From assembly GCF_026571515.1 (NCBI RefSeq), contig NW_026852746.1, forward strand, positions 248,001 to 312,000: DNA of 64,000 nucleotides. Direction: 5' to 3'. The position numbers and the translations under genes are program-made. Under the pieces are notes generated by a model, which made no database searches, had not been told where the DNA came from, and was given only the letters and a program-made list of their open reading frames with translations. Numbering within the stretch: position 1 is the first letter of the stretch; every line of letters begins with the position of its first letter. This DNA comes from Ruditapes philippinarum (Eukaryota). Below are positions 47,601 through 59,600 of the stretch, piece by piece.

Positions 47601-50600
47601 TATGGAATGTGTTGAAAAATAGTAGAAAATAAAAACCAGCTATACAGACTTTTGATATAAACAAAATCAAGTGGCCAGTTGCTTATTGTCCCCCGCCTTT
47701 TCGAAGAAAAAAGGGGTGAAAAGAAATAGGCTCCGTCCGTCCGTCTGTCCGTCCGTCCGTCTCACTTTCGTGTCCGGTCCATAACTTTGTCATTTATCAA
47801 AGGAATTTTAAATAACTTGGCACAAATGTTTTTATAATAAGACGATGTGTCATGCGCAACAACCAGACCCCTACCTCCAGAGTCAAGGTCGCTTTTGCTC
47901 ATTCAAGGTCAACATTGTCTATTTGAGGGTACATGTATATGTCGTGTCCGGTCCATAACTTTCTTATCTATGAAGGGATTTTTTAAATACTTGCCACAGT
48001 TGTTCACAATAATCTGACGATGTGTCATGCGCAAAAACCTATCTCCAAGGTCAAGGTCACACTTGGAGGTCACAGATTAACATAGTCTGTTAAAGGGTAT
48101 ATTTTATGTCAGGTCCATAACTCTTTCATAGATTAAGGGATTTTCAAAATACTTGGCACAAATAGTCACTACAATAAGAGAATGTGTCATGCGCAACACC
48201 TGTATTCCTATCTCCAAGGTCAAGGTCACACTTAGAGGTCAAAAATTAGCATAGTCTGTTATAGGGTATATTTTGTGTCCGATCTAGAACTTATTCATAG
48301 TTCAATGGATTTTGAGATAACTTGGCACAAATAGTCACAATAATAAGACAATATTTCAAGTAGAACACCTGCTCCCCTACCTCCAAGGTCAAGGTCACAC
48401 TTAGAGGTCAAAGGTTAATAGAGTCTGTTATAATGTATATTTTGTTTCCCGTCCATAACTTCTTCATAGATTAAGGAATTTTGAAAATACTTGGCACAAA
48501 AAGTCACAATGATTAGATGATATGTCATGCGTAATATCTGTGTCCCTACCTCCAAGGTCAAGGTCACACTCAGAGGTCAAAGATTTACATAGCTTGTTAT
48601 AGGGTATATTTTGTGTCCAGTCCATAACTTTTTCATAGATCAAGGGATTTTAAAAATACTTTGAACAAATAATCACAATAATAAGACGATATGTCAGGCG
48701 CAAAACATGGATCCCTACCTCCAAGGTCACACTTAGAGGTCAAAGATTAACATTATCTGTTATATGGTATATTTTGTGTCCGATCTATAACTTCTTCATA
48801 GTTCAAGGGATTTTGAAAATACTTGGCACAAATAGCTACAATAATAAAATTATATGTCATGCACAACACCTGCATCCCTACCTCCAAGGTCAAGGACACT
48901 TAGAGGTCAACGCTTGATATAATAGATTTTTAAATTGTGTGTATCATTTTGTTTCTTTAATAAATTAATTGTTGCATTTGCAGATGTAGCATTGATCATA
49001 ATTTTTGACTGAAAATTCTGAGATCCATACCTCAGTCTTTTTAAATAGCACAATTTTATGCTTCATACTTCCCCGAGGCGGGGGACGTTGGTAACTCTGT
49101 TACAAATTCTTGTTATCTTTAAAGACTGTTTATTCTAAAATTATATATATATAAAATCACTGGAACCAATATTCAATCCGCATTTAAAGGATAAATATTT
49201 TTCTTTATAAAAATGTTTAAGAGATAATTAATACGTTATGCTCCATTTATTGAATAAGTAAGCCGTTTTACCTCTCCCCGATTACTTAATACTTTGCATT
49301 TAGAGTAGCAATCTTTAGCAAACAAGGCACGTGACTTTTGCAAAAATCAAGCCTCGATTTCTCTTCATATTTTACATTGAAGACGTCCTTGGGGAAATGT
49401 GTGGTTGGCACTCGTCCCTTTTAAATGAAGTTTAATAAATCATAATGGCAATTCACAGAAACTATATATCTAGTACATTCGGATTTCATAGGAAATATTA
49501 CGTTTCACTAATTATACGACCTTGCAATAAGAGAGAGAGCTCAGCTCTAATATTAAGGCATCTAACGGTTATCAGGACCAGACTAGGCATACGTTGACGC
49601 GTTTCTGTGCTTTATTATTATTATGTAAAATGTAAATTTTTTACCCAAGAGCCCAAATAACAAACAAAATAATGCGAGAAATCGGGTTGGCATCGCTTAA
49701 GAATGCAAAGACTATTCCATCAATTGGACAGGTTACAAACTTTGGTTTAGTTGGAAGAAATCATATTATGTATCACTTTTTAGATAATTATAAAAAAGTA
49801 AACCTACGCACGTCTTGATTGCCATGACTGCAATTTAAGACAGTGGCTTTGAATTTATTGAGTCTGTTTTAACAAAGTGATTAAGACTTGGTACCTACCA
49901 CCGATCAAATTATGATGTTAATTAATTTAAGAAAACAGAAATTTAAAGTAATATTAGGCCACTGAAATAACACTTACAAGATCGTTTATCTACTTAACGG
50001 AATTATACCAAATACCATATTCTTACAAAGAAGGCTTTATGACTTACCAATTAGCCCTTGTACGCCTAATTGCTTGTTCACATGCACAAACACGTACGTA
50101 CAATTTGAATAAAACTTAAATTAATTGCTCAATTATTGTATGCATTAAATAAACATGGTCACAAAATGAAAAAAGAACATGATGTCTTGTACTTTTATGA
50201 CAATATTCAATTTTGCGTTTTCTACAAGTGTTCATTATTTAATTTATGAATAATTATCATGTTAAATTTACTTGCAGACACTGATGGTTTGTTAAAAGAA
50301 AACAGTACAAACAGTGGTATCAATTTATGCACTGGATCAAAATACAAACACACCAAGAAGTGGGCAGTAGCGGTTTGTAATGATAATCTTCCTCGTCATG
50401 CTGTACAGGTAGAATTCGACTACTTTGACATGGAAAACGCAGATGACTGTATCTTTGGTTCATTGAAACTTTTGGCAGGAGACAGAGAAGGTATTTAAAT
50501 TCTATTATAACATTCCTCGTAATGTTGTCACTATACACAAAGAAGAAGAAAACGGTGTTAAACTGCCAGTAAACACTGGTTAGGGTATACATGTTTATTC

Positions 50601-53600
50601 GGCTGTTATTTTTCCCCTCGATAAGATAAACACCACTGAAAACGATATTATTTCTGAATCATTTCTTTTGATTTTTATAAAAGATTGAATATTATATTTA
50701 TATCTGACTTTCCAAGAATGCATACGTGCAAATTTACATAATTCGAAACGGGAACTAATTGATGATTTTATACTTTCTCTATCGAAAAACAGTCTCATGA
50801 CTAATTTTTTTTTGAAAATCCTTATAATATTGATGACAATTTTATCCCATATTTTTCAGAGACATCTTTTCTTAATGAACAATCTTGCGGAAAGAATAAA
50901 CATGGACAAACTTTTGTAACAATGGGCAAATCACTGAGTCTTGAAATTAAAACAGATGAATCATTAGCCCTTAAGAATTTTCAAGCAAAGGTTTCATTTG
51001 TACCAGATACAGGTTAGTCAGTATGTCTTTTTTGTTTTATGTCATTTCAAATAATTAAATGTTCTATCTATAAACATTTTCAGTCTCTATTTGTTCTTCA
51101 CCGTGTATCACTTGAACAGTTTGACCAATTGACTTGTCATTTCAGAAGCTTTTGGAAAGTCTTCTTTTGTTAACTAATTAAAACAAATGAATAATTCATT
51201 GTAGAATGTATATGCAAAGACAACATGGAATGCACTCGGGACAACACTGAAAAGTATGTAACTTTAAATCAAATAAAACGAAACCTGATATTTCCTTTTG
51301 ATATGTTTCCATTGATTTATAGAAGATGCTTTTCATTTTTAACTGATGTCTATGGACAAGAATCTTAAGTAAGTAAGATTATCAAAAACCACTTAAAAAT
51401 TTGAAGTTTCATATTAGATAGTTCTTGAATTAATCTCTGCAATGCACATAATTATAATCCATTGTCCAAAAAACATTGTTAATATAACAATTACATGGCA
51501 AATTTTCTCGTTCATTTTTGTTCAAATATGACTTTATATTTGATACTATAGATGTATTCACGGAAAATATTGTGATATAAATACATGCCAAAACGGCGGA
51601 ACATGTATCCAGACTAGTTTTGAAGAGAAATGTTACTGTCCTAAAGGTTTCAAAGGAGACGACTGTTCACAAAGATATGTAAGAATAATACAGTGTTATG
51701 TATATAACACTTCACTTGTGTTATGTATATAACACACGAGCCTGCAACATTTTCAATTTTTCCGTGTTAGGCTTTCTTTAGGGATTCTGTATTTATCTAT
51801 TTTATGATCATATCCGTGTTATTTGTGCCGTGTGGTGGCTGTAAAAAGTCTCCCCGTACATTTAATCAATGATGTTATATTTTCGATCCTTGAAGATCGT
51901 TCAGCACGACATTATTGTTGTGCTTGTGGTATTTTTAGTTTCAACTTTTTGGCACTTTCAAGTTGGGTGGTTCCAATATTCCTACTTGAATAATGTTGAA
52001 TCACCCTTAGGATAATGTTGCCTGCTTTTTAAATTTGTCTTTTGACGTCCAATCTGTGATACGCAGGCTTCATAACCTCAGATCCCTTTTCAAAATTCCA
52101 TTTTATTTAGTTCCGCCCATTGTTTTCTCGTTTAAGGCACACGCATTTTTTTACTTGGGGACCATATGCCGCTTTTCATGGAATGGTACTACCGTGTCAC
52201 ATTGAAGGTTCCATGATAACCGCCATATGAACACATCTGCGGATGTTTCAAAATTCAAAATTTTACCAGTTCATGTTAAATGTTGAATTCTGCTTAAGCC
52301 GGTGCTAGGGGGCGTGGACGGTAACTTGCACTTTCCAGTACCGTCTATGAACAGGCTCAATCAAACCGAGCCTGCAACATTTTCAATTTTTGCCGTGTTG
52401 GGCTTTCTTAAGGGATTCTGTATTTATCTATTTTATTTTAAATGTGTTCAGTTCCTATCTCCTGAATAACTCAGTAGGTAGAGTTCAGACCTGATAATCG
52501 CAATGTCGTGGGTTCGATACCTACTCATGTCACTATCATTTATAATAATTTTGTTTATTTGATGTTTATATAATTTTTCATGTTCATTTATCTTCTTCAA
52601 AAGAGTTCTCTTCATGCTCATTCTGGAATATTCTTTCTCTAAGTAGTTTAGTATTCTAGATTGCTCATTGATAGTATATATATTGAGAAGTGTTTGTACT
52701 TCGCGGTGTGTGTGCTAACTTGTGATAAAGTGTAATGTTGATATACTGATTGTGTGCTATTGTACTTAAGATATCGTGAAGCTTACATAGGAATATATAA
52801 GTTTGGATTCTGTTATTCTGTATGGGAAGTATTTTGGACATATTGTGATATTCTGCTGTGGACATTTGCCATTGATTAAATTAGAGTTGTGGAAAACAAT
52901 TGAATCTCAAACTGTGAGTTAAACTTTAGGACGTTTGTTAAATTTGATTTTTTTGATTTTGTATCATTGTAAATAACTGTTTTTCTTTAGTTAAAAGTTG
53001 TAAAATTTGTTGCTGGTTGCGTTTAGCTCGTAACAACAGAAGTTAAATTGAACATTGAGAGTTTCCTTGATGTCTTTGATGTTCTTTAAAATGTATTCCC
53101 AATTCATTTTGGTATCGTTATAATATTGTTATTTTAATCATCGTCATGGAAATATACTTCGTTCGTTGAAAATTGCTCATTCCCGTAACCGTGTACCGTA
53201 TTTCTTTTTCCAAATTGTTTCATATTTAGCTGAACTTCCCGAAGAATAGTGATGCTTTTGTCATGACTCTCTTTCTCAGTGATGGTATCGACGTTGGTTA
53301 ATTTTTTAATTACGGCAATTATTTTAGAAACTATAAAAACTATTCATATCCAACTTGGTATACATATTTATTGTCATAAAAGAACGCAATCTTGTAACAG
53401 CTCATACTCCTACAATTAGTTTTTGCATAATTATTTCCCCTCTTTCAATTAACATTTTCTGCCATTGTTAACCTTTTTATTCAGGTGCATTTTTACAGCA
53501 ACTGAAACTATTCACTTCCAATTGGTAAACATGTTCACTATTTATTTGTATACATGTTCTCTATTTAAATATGTCGCCTTTTCATCTGAAAAAAGTTCTA

Positions 53601-56600
53601 AATATCAGATTTGCAAAGTTATGTTTCTTTTTTCCAAAACGGAAGAAATGAAAATGTTGTAGACTCGATCAAAGTACAGCAGCCGGTTATTGCAAGCTAA
53701 CTTAATCGCCATTTAGTAAAACGCTCGATGTTATCGTTATATTCATTTCCTTGTTCAAATACACGTGTTTCATTCATGAAATATTTCTCCTTATCCAGTT
53801 TAATTTAGTGAGCTCATTTATAAATGTTTTCTCAAACGTTATTCCCTGAACAAAAACTTGAATACAGTTAAGTTTTACTACATAAAATTTATAAGTTGTA
53901 ACTAAATTAGATAATAAGGAAAACAATTATAATTTTGTTTACTTCCTGAAACTGTTTGTTTTGGCAGGGACAGACATGTTTTGTATAACTTTATCACTTT
54001 TTATTTAGCTGTCTTAAACAAATTTTTAAATAACGTTTAATTCAATATTTATTTTGCAAGGGTGAATTTTCGAACAAAATAACATTCATCAGTGCACCCG
54101 TGGACCGCACGCTAAAGAGAGGTCAAGGTCATATCGAAGAATGTCTAGTTGAAGTTCCATATGAAGAGGAGGTAGTATATAGTTGGTAAGAGAAGTAGCA
54201 TTATAACACATTTGTTTCTAAATTAATGAACTAAATAAGGGATCAACATGCTTAAAGGACGGCATAAGGAGAAAGAGTTAGATTTGAACAAATCTAAATG
54301 TTATAGACTTTAGTATTAGAAGTAAAGGGTAGTTAGAAGCTGCAGTATTGATTAAAACAAAGTTATCAATAATAATCACAATATTTATTGTAAATCAAAA
54401 ACCTAACTACTGTAAATAATACTTCTTTGAACATGCTAAGTCTTGGGATTGCTTGTTAAACGCGATATATAAATGATTTTTGTGGAATGTCTAATTTAAG
54501 GTGTATTACCTACACTTTAAAGAGTATTCAAATAGGCTAGAACTATTGTTAACTACATTGAAAATGAGGGCCCTGGGTTCAATCCCCAGAAGGGTCAACT
54601 TTTTTTTCTTTTTTTTTTCTTTTAACATTATTTATGTATCTCTCATGTCCCATTTGGAAAGAAAAAAGTGTTTAATTTTGATTTTTAAATTTATATAGAT
54701 ATCATTGGCTAAATTATGATAAATCTAGTAATAAATATGGTACCTGATATTTTCAAAGTGTAATAAAATCAAAACTAAACGGTAAAAGTATTTCATATTT
54801 CACAAGATCAACCAATATACTTCTTTAAAAATTTAGGGAAACTTTGAAAACAAGCACTCATTTAGGTAAATTTTAAGGATTTTTTTAGATTAGGCTCCAT
54901 AAGTAGGAAAATGGTCAGACACGTGGTAAAAATGGGTGGGGTGGGTAACATTTTTATACAGATTTCATAAATTTTAAGAAGATTATGTGGATTGTTAGCT
55001 AAATGGTACTATTTGTTTCTAACAAAAATTAATGGGAAAACATTTTTATTAGAATGTTATTGCAGATTATTTAAAGGTTGCACATTTCTAAAAATGGGCC
55101 CTTTAAACATCCTAGCTTTAGTTCAGAAAAATGGCCATAAAAATTTGTTTGAATTTTGCATACAGGTGTACTTTAAGGTATATATCTGACCTATGATGTC
55201 AATTTTTTAGTTCCTTATAGTGCCCATTAGGGTGATAATACCTTAAATCATTTTACACAAATAATTATGAAATATGAATTAAACAATCTAGTGATTGTGA
55301 TATTGAATGAAATTGAAATTCAGTCGCCCCTTTAAACAATCAGATGTACAATTTTTGCAAATACTTTAAAAGCAGAATTTGTTCTAACAATTTTAAAATT
55401 CTTACAAAAAGTCCTAGCGCCAATGCCGGTAGTGACATATGATGCATTGAGCAAGCAGCAGTTTTGATCGGCAGGGATTAAATTAAATAATTATTAACCA
55501 AAATAAAATATGGACGTGTTGAATTGTAAGAACCATTACCTTTTTCGAGCTATTAACGTACTGAAGTGAAAGATTGTTAGCATTCATAGCTAAATGCCAC
55601 TTAAAATATAGTTAAATGAAAATTAAACACAGTGTATTACGAAAATAAAAAAATGATACCTAAAACATGAAAAATTTAACAAACTAAGAACAAACAGAAA
55701 CAACATAAATTTTGCAGTCAAAAATGACTTTTGGTGTTGCAATACTTTATAGCTACATTTGATTTTTTTTATTTCCAGGTCATTACAAGGAACATTAATA
55801 AATCCGTATAATAACACAATAGGATTTGGAACTCATCCGGGTGGAATATTACAGGTGCGTTTTGAATATAAAAAGGTCTGTAGAGTTATTTTAATGTGAA
55901 GTTGGTTACAGTATAGTCTAAAATGATTTATTACGATACATAATGCTGAAATGTTTCTGTTTTTGAAATGAGTTATATCGTGAAGCAAAGGATATTAATT
56001 TAACATATTTGCTCGTCACCCTTCTTAACACTATTTTCTGAATTTACCATTTTTCTTATATATAGCTCTTTTATAGTTTTATTTATAGACCGATGTTTTT
56101 TATATTTGATATTTGGTTAACTTCTTACTTTAAATAGGTCAAGATCACCGGTAATTAAAATGGATGTTTTACATACTTTATAAATTGACTGATTCATATT
56201 TTGCCAGTAGAAACATTAGACAATTGATTAAGGTCAAGGTAATCTGTGATAGAAACTGATTTTAAAAATTGCTTGCTTAAGAATCATTTATCTTTTTTAA
56301 CCGGGTCATTTCACTTGTGTCAGGTGGATACCTTGGGTTGACCTCTTTCATTTAGTTGTATAATGGATTCCTTGGATCAAAGTTAAGGTTCTTTATTTGT
56401 CGTTTTAAATTGAAAAAAAAACTAGTTCACGTGTTCATCATTTTGCGCATTTGTCTTAAACGCGATAAGTTTTTTTTTATCACGGAAATCATCAGTACAC
56501 TTGTTTTATAAAAATGCACTGAATTATAATTTTCTGAATAATACGACGCCGTTGATACACACCTAATGTAAAAATGGATTCATGCCTTTCTGTAAATAAA

Positions 56601-59600
56601 TGAAAGTCACGCATTGGTTTTTCAACTTTTGGCCGAAACTGTCAAAACAAACCGATATCATAGATATCACACAACTGGAGAGATCCCTGATCATAACTCA
56701 TACTCTGCTATTGTATTGTTCAAAGTCCCTTTCAAACAACCAAAACGTAGAGCTTTTTCAAGTCTGTTTACCTTTATATTGATTCTACGAAACGATTTAT
56801 ATAATGTCTGACTCCTACTGCTTTGCTGCTTATATTCATCTTTATTTTGTCGTTATCTTTATTTTTTAAACGTCTTTTATTATCATTAACATTATTCCTT
56901 TTCAATCTTGCATTATCAAATGTGTTCACTTTCTGGTAACTTGTCAATTACAACCACCACTGACATTGTAGATTGTTCTTGCTAGAAAATGGCTTCCATA
57001 AGCTTCTGCTGTCGGCTAAAATCTATAATTAATTTTATGTTGTTATATTTATACATGTACAAATATTCTAAATAAAATATGTTTAAACCAATAAATCGCG
57101 GATACTTTGTTTCGCGGATTTCTACAAAAAACGTGAATATATCGAAAGTTAAACAGTTCCCGCCATACAGTATAAAAATACACTTTGATTTATTGAATTC
57201 TGTATTTTTTATATAAAGACCTTAATTGGTCTGTTAACTTTGGATGTAGATGAATGGCCTGGGGAAAAGGCTTGATCCTAGAAATTTTCACGGGAGGTTG
57301 TCTAATTTCAGTTTACCTTGCTGTAAAATAAACAGTGATGAACTTAATAAAAATTATATTTCCATTGGTCATTTATAGCCCCTCACAAGTGCCAAATGAC
57401 TTCCAAGACGCTTTTTAACGCGTGCGATCATTTTAGCCTATAGATTATGCGGTCAATATTTGACCTGAATGGAATATCATACTCGGTAAATTATTCAAAT
57501 GGCCTATGATACAATTCAAGTAAATTGCCACTAAGTATGACAAATATATTTAAAATATAGGTGTAAAGTGATTTATATCTAAACGAACGCTGAATGTAAG
57601 TCAAAATTATAAATAATGCATGCTCGAATTGATTCAGCCGGTTTAAGAAATGTAATATACAAGCCAACTACCATGTGACGAAGCAAAACCCAGCAATTTT
57701 TGTACAAGAGATTTTTTCATGACTTTTAAGCTAACTGCTAGTTTATATGTAATTGTATGTTATGAGATCACGAATAAAAAACTGCATGAAAAAAATGTAG
57801 GTAGGTAGGTAGTTTAATTGAAGAAGAGCATTGGAGGTTCAAAATTCTAAATAGTTAAAAGCATTAAATTTACTTGCGTTCATATTAGATTGACAAGTTC
57901 TCGGACGAAATGGAGGGGCAATATTCATGTATCGCTACAACCTCGGTCGAAACAGTGAATCACACTTTTACGTATACCATTGCAGAGGATTGTGACGTCA
58001 GTAAGTTCTTTATTTTAACTGATTTTTCCAGCTAATAACTCAAGCTAACTTTCACATAATTTTATGAAGTGAATGAAAAATAGAGTCAAATAAGCACTGG
58101 ATAATGTTTTAGTTCAATCTCATTATCAGCTCACAACACCCATTATATGTGGTCTTTTTTAATTAAAAAAACTTCAAGATTTCTGAAATCAAAAGTATTG
58201 CACGTTAATAATGCTAGTACTAAGTCCTTTTTATTTCCATGCGCGAATATAGATGGAATTTGTATTTTCCATACAAATTAAGATTTGTCTTGTATTCTGA
58301 TATGCTTTGTGATTTGTAACAAAACGCAAAGAAGAAAAATCCGGTGTTAAATTACAGTTACAAATAAACACTTGGTAGGTACTAGATAAATATGCAACTG
58401 TCCTTATTTTTCTTCCTCCCTTAAGGTAACAACAATAACGATTTTTATTGATATTTTCCATTTTCCATATATTTTCTGTTCATATGATAATAATAATGGC
58501 ACACATACCCAAACGCTACAGGTTTTATCTGTATCAGTTCAAATAAAATAATAAAGAAAAATCTAAGGCAATTCCAATAAAGCAAAATGCTGTCATCTAA
58601 GTATTTAAGTCATTCATAGACACCAGAATGACGTCATGACAAACTGACTTGGGTGGGTGATGACAATATACTGACATCGATGTTAACACAATACAATCTA
58701 GTATTACACGTAAGTTTAAATTGTTGAACAATTGATAATAGTCATTAAAGAATAAGGTGAACCTTTGGTTTTTATTATTTCCTTTTTGACAGAAGCGTGG
58801 TTTATTAGCCGATAAACACCGCCGAACAAACGTATTATAAGCTTCTACTTTTTCATCGGACCTTGCCAAATATTGCCTACTTTTGAGAAAACTGATATGT
58901 CTTGAAACAACAGTCTCAATTATTAAAATAGTATTCCATAGCAGCAACGATGCGTTGTGCGTTACTTTTTGCACTTTGATATATATCATCTTTTCAAAAA
59001 CTTGTTTGTAGTATTAGTGCAGTATTCAACTTTATATGCAATGTCAATACAACAATACATTGATGATTTAAAAAAGAATAAAAAACAAACCAAAAGCGCT
59101 TTTTATTTTTATAAGGAATATACCCAGGACCACAGTCAGAGATCAAAAAACCTAATGAAATAGCTTTACTTACGTGCCGCGTGAACCATCGAGTAAAAGA
59201 AGTTAGATGGAAGAAAGATGGTGTTTACATTGATTTTAACAAAGATGATAGAATCAAGGTACGTTTTCAAATGCATATACATGTAAATCATGAAAATAAT
59301 TAATAGAATTGTTGTCTTGTTTCGTATATCTTTCTTATCATTTTTTTCTGAAACATTTTATTATCATCCGTACGTAAAGGTTAGCGTTATGAGTTGTTGA
59401 ATATATTTAACTATTGTAAGACTTTCTATTTTCTGTTTTCACCACGAGGCGTATACAAAGAATACAAATAGCCTTTAAATAAATAATGACGTTTAGTGGT
59501 ACATTTATTATTTGTCAAAAGATTTGAAAATTATGTCTGTTACTTAAAAACAAAATATGAAATTGAAATAATGCAATATGATAAGGCATTTTTTAAATGA

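Noticed and set aside
52345-52380. SECIS element (ATGA..AA hairpin)
   Set aside because: Helix too short, no 3' GA of the quartet, and the ATGA is ATGT in the other copies.
52600-53280. Possible RNase H or LINE remnant on the minus strand
   Set aside because: Only vague resemblance; no catalytic motif could be identified.
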